Source: Neovahlkampfia damariscottae
Lineage: Eukaryota
DNA: 36,273 nt
Assembly: GCA_016618085.1 (NCBI GenBank)
Contig: JABLTG010000181.1
Location: 1 to 36,273 of the forward strand
Direction of reading: 5' to 3'
In this document: positions 1 to 9,252 of the stretch, one piece after another
Numbering within the stretch: position 1 is the stretch's first letter
Layout of the letters: the number at the start of each line of letters is the position of its first letter
The notes under the pieces: generated by a model
What the model was told of the DNA's origin: nothing
The model's input: only the letters and a program-made list of their open reading frames with translations
Database searches by the model: none
Position numbers and translations under genes: made by a program

Positions 1-325
1 GTATTTTGTAACACCTGAATGTAATTTAAATGAATTTCAATGGAATTATGAAAAAGATTTCACCATTGATCCCAGAGTTCTGTCAATTGAAAAAAAAACT
101 GCTGATACATTAAGGAAGGAATTGAAAAATACTTACAAAGGTTTAAGTAAGAAAAACAAAGAAGAATTGGTGAAATTAATGTTAAAAGAGAAAAAAATTA
201 ATGCAAAAACATCTAAAGAAATTGAAAAGAAAATTGAAGAATCTTTAAAGATATTTTATATTTGTATTCCAGAAAAAGCACATAAAAAAATTGATGAATT
301 AATTGAAGAATTACAAAAAATATAA
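1..325 (+). CDS. 3' end of a hypothetical protein (partial) with a HEH/Rho-N-like helical insert; weak Crinkler/RHS-like C-terminus
   Basis: Frame 2 is open from the window edge: YFVTPECNLNEFQW...KKTADTLRKELKNTYKGLSKKNKEELVKLM...KIFYICIPEKAHKKIDELIEELQKI*. Confidence 0.55.
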   Translation, partial: YFVTPECNLNEFQWNYEKDFTIDPRVLSIEKKTADTLRKELKNTYKGLSKKNKEELVKLMLKEKKINAKTSKEIEKKIEESLKIFYICIPEKAHKKIDELIEELQKI

Positions 326-587
326 TAAAAATTGTTTTTAATTCTCTTTTATAAATTTTTATTTTTATTTAAATAAAGGTATTTTATTTAAGTTTCATTT
401 TTGTCAAAAAAGACCATGTCCATTCAAAAAAGGTTCTAATTATGACACTGAAGTCGTGTTTAGAAGGAATCAACCAATCATTTACAATTTCAATTTGCCA
501 CCGTTTAGCAGTAAATCATTAACAGTAATATTGTGCCACACCCCCATTAATTGTTGTTGACATTCAGTTACCAGTTTTTATTGTCTG

Positions 588-865
588 GTCATGTGGTAGG
601 TTGGTCAGCTCTTAAAATCCTTTCTGTAAAATTGACCATTTTTTAAAAGTTTCAGATTTTCCTAAAACCACCTTACCATTACCACGAATTTAATTTTACC
701 ATTTTTTTATTTCCGGTCATTTGGTCAGGTGGTCGGACCACTTAATCCTTCCCTGTAAAATTGAACCATTTTTCAAAATTTTATAAAATTCCAAAAACCA
801 CCTTACCATTTTACCAGTTCCTTATCTTATTCCTTTTTGTTATAATTTAATTGGTAAAATGGTAA
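588..865. repeat. Two imperfect ~100-bp direct repeats (period ~127 bp) plus a 14-bp perfect inverted repeat; probable transposon subterminal region or remnant
   Basis: ggtcat.tggt.agg.tggtc...ctgtaaaattga(a)ccatttt...aaaaccaccttaccatt occurs at ~588-680 and ~715-811. ttaccattttacca (803-816) pairs with tggtaaaatggtaa (852-865). Confidence 0.65.
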
Positions 866-965
866 TTGTAAATTAAAGTAATAAATTAAATGTTTCAATT
901 AGATTGGAGTTATTAAATTGCTCAAAGCGAAGCTGGAAGAAAAACCGTCAGGTTTTGAATTTCCT

Positions 966-1391
966 TCATTGTGTAAAATAAACTTGTTTATTGGCACAGT
1001 CCTGCCACACACGTATCCAAAAAAACAAAGTATCTTCAATAAAAATGAATAATAAAAGTTGACTAATAATTGTAAAAATGGATGGTAGCTCTTCCATTAG
1101 TTTTATGTGTCCCCTTAAATTGAAAAAAAAGTATAAATTTGGTACACCTAAAATAGTTGTGATTTGATGTCTTATAGTCATTTTAATTATTTTTTTAATT
1201 GTTTTTGGTTGTTTTGTTATTTTTGTTTTTTCTGGTTGAAGTCTCAAATGATCAAAATAACCGTTTGTTTCAATAAAATACAACATCAAATTAAATGACC
1301 AAAATGAGGTCTCAAATGCGAATATGGTACAAACACAAAACATTACAAATTCATTTTCACCAAAGATCCATTTTGTAACTTCTTTCCACAT
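966..1391 (-). pseudogene. Truncated fatty acid hydroxylase / sterol C4-methyl oxidase-family gene (N-terminal half only)
   Basis: RLQPEK...ELPSIFTIISQLLLFIFIEDTLFFWI matches the family up to the first His box (HRxxH), then runs into unrelated sequence at 1013. No His-box exons were seen in 330-1013. Confidence 0.7.
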
Positions 1392-1419
1392 CCCACCGTT
1401 TTAATTCGTTTGAATCCAT

Positions 1420-1424
1420 CCAAT
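1420..1424 (+). promoter_or_regulatory. CCAAT box in a 54-bp bidirectional promoter
   Basis: Lies between divergent ATGs at 1391 (-) and 1446 (+); the same motif recurs upstream of nearly all genes. Confidence 0.65.
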
Positions 1425-1445
1425 CACATCACTACTAAATTTGAG

Positions 1446-4400
1446 ATGGTTTCGCCAACATTCAGTATTTTGTCGTTAGTTACTGTTGTAACTTTATCAA
1501 TTAGTTTATATTCAAATACTTGGTTTTATTTTCATCCTTTATTGATGTTGGTTTCTTATGGACTAGGAATGTCGAACGCAATTTATCTTCAAAAGAATAT
1601 TAAAAACCTAAAACTTCATTATGGATTACAGTTTTTATCTTTAGTGACTTCTTATCTTGGTCTTTATGTTATTTATAAAAACAAAAATTTTTTGAACGAA
1701 AAACATTTCAGTTCAATGCATGGAAAATTGGGTTTATTGTTGACTTTATTATTCACTTTAATGGCATTAGTTGGATATATTTCGATGAATTTTAAATTCT
1801 CATTTGGAAAACCACATAAATACGCAGGAAGATTAATTTTTGTACTTGGTTTGATACAATTACTTCTTGGGATTTTTTCAATGATTCCTGAGTCTTATTT
1901 GATTTTATCATTATTTTCTGTTGTTACTTTACCAGCTATTTATTTTATTTTTCCAAAAATCAAATTTAAAGTAGTGCAGGGAACTCTGACTTCAGAAGAA
2001 AGAACTTTAGCAAAAATATCAAAAATTGAAAAAAGTTTCCAAACAAACATAAAAAAAATTAAAGATAAATATGTTGCCCTTTTCAAAAAAACACCTCCAT
2101 CGACAGGTAAATCAACTTCAAAAAATTAATTTTTTTTCAGAATTAAAACAACTTTTTGATATTTGTTGTAAAATTTGCACAAATGTTCTTTCATTGGAAA
2201 AATGTCATGAAAAATTAAATTTTAAAGAGCATCATATATTTGATTTAGATAAAGAAAATACAGAAATTTATTCAAAATATTTGCAAACACATCGAGGAAT
2301 GAGATCAATTCTTCATATTTTATCTGAACAAAGTCAGGCATGCGAACAATTTTTATCAGCTATTGATCATGATGAAACAGCTGCTTTCTCAGAAACATGT
2401 ACTCTTCCTGCACTGGATATTGAAAAATATCTCGAAATTTATCAAGACTGGAAATGTGAGCATTTGAATGATGATTTTGGAACTGTTATACTGACGAAAG
2501 CAATTTCAAATTTTCAAGATTTTATGAAAGAAAATGAATCATTTATTAATGAAATTTATCAACAGGAGAAATTTATTTCCATTCAAAAATTAACGGGGAT
2601 TAATGATTTAGGATCTGCTGCTTACACAGGAACAAATACAAAGGCAAGAGCTGAGAAATATGTTTATGATGGAATTCTTGAATATGAGAACAAATCATGT
2701 CAAGCTTTTTTATTTGATAAACTATTAATTATCAGTGAAGCAACATTGAGCGGAAGAAATAATGAATTAATCCCAGGTAAAAAAATATTAATCAGTCTAA
2801 AATAATAGTTAAAATTGGAGAATTTTCAGTAGTTTCTATTGGTAATATTGATAATTATATTTTAATTTTTAGAGGATGATCAATTTGCATTTGAGGTAAT
2901 ATTCAATGTTGATGAAAGGAAATCTTTTAAAGCAAAGGATGAAGAATCAAAAAAAAGATGGATAAAACAATTACAAGGAGTTTCTATTAATCATTTCATT
3001 GGGGAAAGAGAATTGATGACAAATATCAGAGAACAATCATATATCATTGATTTTCCACAATCTTATTATTTACAAGATATCACTAAAATGAAAAAAAGAG
3101 AAATTACAACACCAAATACCAAAGAATACATTGAATTTTCAGAAAATGATTTTGACATAAAATGTGCTACATTTGATAAATTGATTGAAAAATTGACTAA
3201 TCCTCAAGCATATGATAATTTATTTCTGTATGCATTTTTGTTGACATATAGGAATTTTACAACACCAGTTGAAGTTTTGAAGAAACTGATTGAAAGATAT
3301 AACATGCCTCCTCCTTTATCAGTTGATGAATTTCATACTTTTAAAGCAAAATATCTTCTTCCAATTCGTTTAAGAATTTGTCAAATTTTGAAAATTTGGA
3401 TTGTAAATCATGGATCTGATTTTAGAAATAACAAAGATTTGTATCGTTTATTGAATGAATTCATGAAAGAAATGGATAAAACTAAAATTGGAATCGGTGC
3501 AAAACAAATTCTAAAATCCATTAGAACACACATTTACAAAAGAGATACTTTTGAATTACAACAATTGACTGCATTTTCCAATGATATTCAAGAATTAGAA
3601 CAATATTCATCCAACAATAGTTCTCCAAATTCAAAACATAATTCATTGAATATTACTTCTTTGACATCTTCTCCTTCAACTCCAAAACCAATTTATCCAA
3701 AGAAATTGATGAATCCACTTCAACAAATATTGAAGCATAGATCAATTGATTACCAACAAAAAATAAATACATTGGATATCATTGAATGGGATCCATTGGA
3801 AATAACAAGACAATTGATTTTAATTGAGTATAAAATATTTGAAAGAATTCAACCAAAGGAATGTTTGAATCAGGCTTGGAATAAAGAGAATAGAGAAAAT
3901 AAAGCACCAAATATTCATGATATGATTATTAGAACAAATCAGTAATTTTCAAAAAAAACATCTAAAACATTTGAAAGAATTGTAAATTGGATTAGTTATG
4001 AAATTTTAAAATTTGAGAAATTACCTCAAAGACAACATGCCTTAGAAGTATTTGTGAAAGTTGCAATTGAATGCAAAAATTTGAATGCTTATAATACTTT
4101 GTTTGAAATTTGTGGTGCATTAAATAGTATTTCAATTCATCGTTTGGATAAGACTTGGGAAGGTGTAAATCAAAAATTGAAAAAAGAATTTGAGGAATTA
4201 TCAAAATTAATCTCAAGAAAAAAAAATTATTCATTAATGAGAAATGAATTGAAATTAGCAATTCCACCTATTTTACCGTAAAAAAAAAAATAGAAACTAA
4301 TTTATTCTACAGATATATTGGATTATATTTGACAGATTTGACATTTATTGAAGATGCAAACAAAGATATTTTAAATGATAAAATTAATTTTTCAAAATGC

Positions 4401-4596
4401 AGAAAATTGGCAAAAGTCATCAGAGATATTCAAAATTATCAACAAAAGAATTATGATTTTTTTTGTAAGTCAATTTTATTAATTCAATTTCTTTTCAGCG
4501 ATTGTTGAATTGTCCAATAAATTGAGAAATATCAATGTATTTTCAGAAGATCAATTAATTGAGTTATCTTATAAAAGAGAACCAAAAGAAGAGTAA
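1446..4596 (+). CDS. Cytochrome b561 domain in frame with DH(RhoGEF)-PH-REM-RasGEF (SOS-like); multi-exon
   Basis: b561 His motifs FHPLLM, LHYGLQ, HFSSMHGKLGL and HKYAGR. DH-like EERTLAKISKIEKSFQTNI, PH FLFDKLLII, REM ATFDKLIEKLT/FLLTYRNFTTP, CDC25 DPLEITRQLILIE...NAYNTL...PILP|YIGLYLTDLTFIED. Introns at ~2107-2140, 2777-2808, 2842-2873, 3942-3977, 4279-4312 and 4465-4498; TAA at 4594-4596. Confidence 0.75.
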
Positions 4597-4753
4597 AAAG
4601 ATAATTCCCTTTGTACAGATTTTTATTGAATAACTTTTCCAAAATAAAGTTCATTTTTTATTTATTTATTCTTTTCTGCTCTAGGATGAAGGATTGGTGA
4701 GTGGTCACTTTAGATTGGATTTTGTAGGATTTAATTGATTGGATATTTTCAAC

Positions 4754-6134
4754 ATGGATGAAAACTACATGATTCATTATGAATCAGCCTTCAGTAATAA
4801 AACTGTTGGTGAAGCTTTGAGAAAACACTTATCAGTGGAATTTAATGAAGAACCTTTTGATTTCATCATGAAAATAAACGAGATGAAAAATTCTCACAAC
4901 ACAAAAGAAAAAATAAAATTAATCAACGATATATTGGATTTATATTTACAAACAGGGTCAGAACATGAAGTAAATATCTCAGGAAAATCAAAAAAAGAAA
5001 TATTTTCAATTTTTGAAGAGCAGAAAGAGAATCATAGTGAATGGGTTTTGACAATTCCGATGAACAACTTTTTTGATAAAGTAGAAAAAATTGTCAAGGA
5101 GGAATTGTATCATGACCCTTGGAAAAGATTTATTCGTTCTTCTTTGAGCTTGTCAATCATCCAAAAATTTCATGAAGATCCAACTGTTTGTTCACCACAA
5201 ATTACTGAACAATTTGATTATTCAGATGACCATTTTACTCATCCTTTTATTGAGGATGATGATTTCAGATTTGCAAAAGTATTATTTCAAGACAATTATC
5301 ACTGGAAGGTATGCGTGTTTTGTATTTTAACAATCAAGTTAATTGGACAAAAGAGTGATGTAAAAGGGAATAATTATCATTGTAGACAAAATTTTTTACC
5401 AAAATTATCATTTGGTAAAAATATTCAAGGAATAAAACATGAGTGTGTTTACAATTATAATTTAGAAAGTTTTTTGCTTGCAAAATTAACTTTTTTGAAT
5501 AAAATTGGAGACCCAAATATCACTAGAATGAAGACACTTTGTTATCACACCAAAGAAGAATTATTGGAAATTTACAAAGGAAAAGAAAAAAAAATTTCAA
5601 AATATTACGCTGATTCTGCAGCATCTGCAAGTGATTGTTACTTTGGATATTTATTCAATCCAAGATATCTAGTATGTGGACAAAAAATCTTTTATGATAA
5701 AGAATCAAATACTGTAATTTTGATTGCCAAACCTTATGTTACTGATGGATTGGAATTTTCAAAACCTTCTCAAATTGAGATGTTGATTCCGGGAGAGAAA
5801 TCACCAAAGTTTGTAAAGGCATATCCAATGTTCAACTGGATTTTCAATTTTTATCAACAAATTGATGATCACAAGACTCTTTTCACACAAGTATGTTTTT
5901 GATTTATTTTAATCATTCTAGATTAATTTACTTGAACCTGGAGGTTGGTTAAATTCAGATTTTTTGATTAAACAAGTATCAAAAAGAAGAGGTGAAAATT
6001 ATCAAGATTTGATGATGGAATTGATTGAGAATATTCCTGAAGGATCAAATTTCAAAGAATTGCAGGAAAAATATAAAAATTCGAATGAAATCAGTGGATT
6101 TGATAGGTTACTGTTAAGTGTGGATTTAAAGTAA
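4754..6134 (+). CDS. RGS-domain protein with a C-terminal START-like (helix-grip) region
   Basis: RGS: LRKHLSVEFNEEPFDFI...YLQTGSEHEVNISG...DPWKRFIRS. C-terminal INLLEPGGWL. Intron 5891-5921, probable in-frame 30-nt intron 5309-5338, TAA at 6132-6134. Confidence 0.8.
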
Positions 6135-6137
6135 TAT

Positions 6138-6354
6138 TAAGACTCCTACGTAATTAGTCGCGTTATACGAATAAACCTTAGTTTTCCATTTGAAGTATAG
6201 CGTTTCAACCAACTAAGTGCCGTTTTTCTGAATAACAGCACTTTATTCCAACTAAGTCTCGTTACTCCAACTAAGTCCCGTTATTCCAACTAAGTGTGGT
6301 TTCAACCAACTAAGTCGCGTTACTCTTACTAAGTCGCGTTATACAAGAAAAGTC
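6138..6354 (+). repeat. Left TIR with tandem 19-20 bp subrepeats (core CCAACTAAGT)
   Basis: Core at 6209, 6248, 6267, 6286, 6306 and a variant at 6325; degenerate units lie between and before these. Confidence 0.92.
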
Positions 6355-6442
6355 GTGTTTTTACGTGTAACACGACACTTCCAATTGAAACGTGACGCTT
6401 TCAAATGAAACACGGGTTCTTCAGAAAATAAATCTTTATTTG

Positions 6443-6691
6443 TCAATTTTTTGTTTCTTGTTTATTCTTTTCTTGTTGTTTTCGTTTCTTTTCTAATTGC
6501 ATCGTAAAATTCTTTAAAACCACTTTATAGTAAATACCATATTCATTTCTCAAAGGATATAATGGCTTTGAGTTACTGTTCATTTATTCCTGATTTTACT
6601 TCTTTGTCTTCCACAACCTTATCCCAGTTTCCTGTGATGGACACAAGAATTTATTAAAACTTCGCTTTCTTTTTTGATAAATTTTCTTCAT
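6443..6691 (-). CDS. Predicted 61-aa basic micro-protein, 3 exons (absent from the ORF track)
   Basis: Exons 6691-6661, 6631-6600 and 6565-6443, with GT-AG introns of 29 and 34 nt, splice in frame to MKKIYQKRKRRNWDKVVEDKEPLYPLRNEYGIYYKVVLKNFTMQLEKKRKQQEKNKQETKN*. CCAAT at 6714-6718. Confidence 0.55.
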
Positions 6692-6713
6692 TTTTTTTAA
6701 TTCTTTAAAATTT

Positions 6714-6718
6714 ATTGG
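6714..6718 (-). promoter_or_regulatory. CCAAT box shared by the micro-gene and the MazF-like gene
   Basis: Centred in the 46 bp between ATGs at 6691 (-) and 6738 (+). Confidence 0.6.
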
Positions 6719-6737
6719 TCAATTTTTGAAAAAAAAA

Positions 6738-7146
6738 ATGAATATAGAAGAGGGTGATGTTGTGGTTTGTTGGGCATTTCCAGAAGATGATAAATTTACA
6801 ACCAGAAGCGCTATAGTCATAAAAATTGTTGGTAGAGACGTGACCTTACTCAAACTTACAAGCACAAAAGTAAATAAAGATCATCCAATTTATCCTTATT
6901 GTGTGCCCATTGGAGAAAATTTACAAGGATACAAAGAAGGAGAATATTTAAAATGCTCAAATTTACAAAATAATCCATCTTTTATATATCCACAAATTAC
7001 ATACGGTTGACAAAACTTTTAAGGTTACAATAAACAATAAACAAAAAAAGATAGTCCGACCCATTGTGGAAAATCAAAAGAAAGTAGCAATGGAACCAAA
7101 CAGCTTCACAGAATTAAAAAAAAGACTTCAAAGTTTATTTCAATAA
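6738..7146 (+). CDS. MazF/PemK-like protein (1-nt frameshift near 7002, or 49-nt intron 7006-7054)
   Basis: EGDVVVCWAFP...RSAIVI...VTLLKLTST...YPYCVPI...L..NPSFIYPQI, then in the next frame TVDK...VAMEPNSFTELKKRLQSLFQ* (TAA 7144-7146). The order matches the PemK pattern GD..., RP.LV, V.PITS, P.V.I, S...QIRTVDK, C-terminal helix. Confidence 0.65.
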
Positions 7147-7177
7147 TAAATTCGACGATTTAATTATAATCACATCG

Positions 7178-8128
7178 TCATTCCCAATTGATTTCTTTTG
7201 GAAAGCCTTGAACAGCATCAACTTCTTCTTCTTCTTCATAGTTATCAACATTGTCATCCCAATTAATTTCTTTTGGAAAGCCTTGAACAGCATCAACTTC
7301 TTCTTCTTTTTCTTCATAATTACCAACATTGTCATCCCAATTGATTTCTTTTGGAAAACCAATTACACAGGTTACTAAATTCATCATATTCATCATCTTT
7401 TCAATGTCTTCATCATAATATTCCAAATTATCTTTTCTGTGCTTAAAAATAAAATTATTTGATGAAAGTTTTTTATATAGAACTTGATCTTTTTGATAAA
7501 TAAACTCAACAATTTTACTTCTGACTGGCATTTTAACTTTATATTCGGCTAATTCATCTTTAAATTTGAAACAGTTTTTTTTCATAACCAAAGTTCCAAG
7601 TAAATAATGTTTTTTTTTGTCAAAAGTAAAGGATTCTAAATAAAGAGTTTTTGATGCATCATCTAAATATATTTTCAATCTTTTTACACCCATTTTGGTG
7701 TAAACAGATAATTTTGTAATATCTTTAATTCTAAGTTCGTCTTTTAAAATGCTTTTTATATCATTTTCTGTTCTAAATTGTTCTGTTCTTAATAATTCTT
7801 CATCATTTGTATCAACCATTGAATATTTTAAATCCAAAAAACTTTTGTGTGCATCAAATCTTTTTTTCAACCAAAACCCTTTTAAAATTAAATCATGTGA
7901 ATCTGTATCTAAAAAAGTGTCTTCAAAGCATTCTACTTCAACTATTTTTAGACCTTTTAAAGAATTTGGTTCGAAAGTAAAATAATATTTCAGTTGGTAA
8001 TCACTTTCTTCTCTTGGTGACTTTAGCATTTTGTATTCTGAAAGAGTTCTGAGATCATCAAGATCCATGAAGTCATTTTTTCCAAGTTGAACATTATAAA
8101 ATATTGTTCTGTTTTTCGCATTGAGCAT
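7178..8128 (-). CDS. Divergent CYTH / thiamine-triphosphatase-like protein with acidic C-terminal repeats
   Basis: FEDTFLDTDSHDLILKGFWLKKR...LDLKY...KRLKIYL...LYLESF...YLLGTL...PVRSKIVEFIYQKDQVLYKKL resembles the THTPA layout. CCAAT at 8158-8162. Confidence 0.65.
   Translation of the reverse strand: MLNAKNRTIFYNVQLGKNDFMDLDDLRTLSEYKMLKSPREESDYQLKYYFTFEPNSLKGLKIVEVECFEDTFLDTDSHDLILKGFWLKKRFDAHKSFLDLKYSMVDTNDEELLRTEQFRTENDIKSILKDELRIKDITKLSVYTKMGVKRLKIYLDDASKTLYLESFTFDKKKHYLLGTLVMKKNCFKFKDELAEYKVKMPVRSKIVEFIYQKDQVLYKKLSSNNFIFKHRKDNLEYYDEDIEKMMNMMNLVTCVIGFPKEINWDDNVGNYEEKEEEVDAVQGFPKEINWDDNVDNYEEEEEVDAVQGFPKEINWE
7181..7360 (-). repeat. Coding tandem repeat: 78-bp, 75-bp and partial units encoding GFPKEINWDDNV.NYEE(K)EEEVDAVQ
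   Basis: Units at 7283-7360, 7208-7282 and 7181-7207. Confidence 0.95.
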
Positions 8129-8395
8129 TTTTCTTTGTTCTGTAACGGAAATATTTTATTGGACAATTGTTTTAATTGGTCAGGATCAATTGTGGTATAA
8201 ATAAATTGAAAATTCAATTTTTATTGTAAAATATGTATGGTTCTATCTGAAGAAATTGACAAATCAGATTTTTTCTTTGATCCTTTTAAATCTTGTTTTT
8301 TGTGAAAAGTTGACATTATTTGATTTTAATTTAATTTTCTTTCAATTTCTCGATTAACCAATCTAATCATCGACATAAAAGCACGGTGAACAAAG

Positions 8396-8554
8396 GACTT
8401 TTTTCTGTAACTCATCTTTTTTTGAGGTGACCACTTATTCAGAATAACACCACTTATTTGATTAAAGTAATTATAATTAAAAACCATACTGAAACCACGT
8501 ACTTCAACTTAAAACTAAGGATATCATAACGTGACTAATTACACAGGAGTCTTA
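8396..8554 (-). repeat. Diverged internal copy of the element terminus (right-end orientation)
   Basis: Reverse complement taagactcctgtgtaattagtcacgttat...ccttagtttt...ttgaagta...gtttca aligns to the left TIR. The outer ~50 bp are clear; the inner boundary is approximate. Confidence 0.8.
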
Positions 8555-8753
8555 TTGTGAAACAAATCAGTGTTTGGGTTCAACCAAAATGTTTAAACAA
8601 CTGTTTAAATAACTTTGTTTAAACACGTTGAATAAGAAGTTAAAAATAGAAACCAATCACATTGGCCAAAATTGGTTGTAAATAAAACGCGTGCAAACTG
8701 CCCACGGGAAAAGTATAAAAGAATTTGGTTCAATCGGTACAAAGCAAATTTTC

Positions 8754-9233
8754 ATGTCTGAAGAAAAAAAGAAGAGAAAGTATGACAAAAGAAGCTGATG
8801 GACTTATTTTGAGGACGTAATTGAATGATGATGAAGCAAAATGTATCGTTATTGGTTGTGAGCATACAAAAGAGGACTTCAAAGGATCTATTACTCGTTT
8901 AAAAGACATAGAAAAACACCACAAAGATGTATTAGAAGAAAAAGGATTTTATTCGGTAGAGCCTATAGACCTAATTTTTTTTGGGTCTAATGAACATAGT
9001 GTTTTTCTGATTGATCAATAAATCAAATTTATTTTATTAATTTTAGATCACTGATGAGAGGGAAAACTCCCAGAATAAATGTCAACAAATATGTGACAAT
9101 TGAACTAGTAGAAGTCAATGGCACTTTGAATATTGGAATGGGAAATCTTTCTTCTATTTCTTCTTTCATTGATTCCACATATGTTTCTATTGTTTTTGGA
9201 TTGACGTTTTTCTTTGGGTTTTCAACATCATGA
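8754..9233 (+). pseudogene. Degraded or uncertain cargo gene fragment
   Basis: Coding-like pieces (MSEEKKKRKY.., LNDDEAKCIVIGCEHTKEDF...) are broken by TAA at 8818-8820; intron-like 9001-9046; CCAAT cluster at ~8653-8675. Boundaries are uncertain. Confidence 0.3.
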
Positions 9234-9252
9234 TGACATTCCGCAGCCTTTT

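Noticed and set aside
6209..6345. CCAACTAAGT array as a CRISPR-like or guide array
   Set aside because: The period is only 19-20 bp, the 9-10 bp inter-core segments are variants of each other, the array is mirrored in the other TIR, and no cas-like gene is present.
7135..7362. 75-aa poly-Lys ORF
   Set aside because: Alternate frame of the acidic coding repeat.
8023..8316. Upstream exons extending the CYTH-like gene from ATG 8316
   Set aside because: In-frame stops and no frame-compatible GT-AG intron; ATG 8128 has its own CCAAT box 30 bp upstream.
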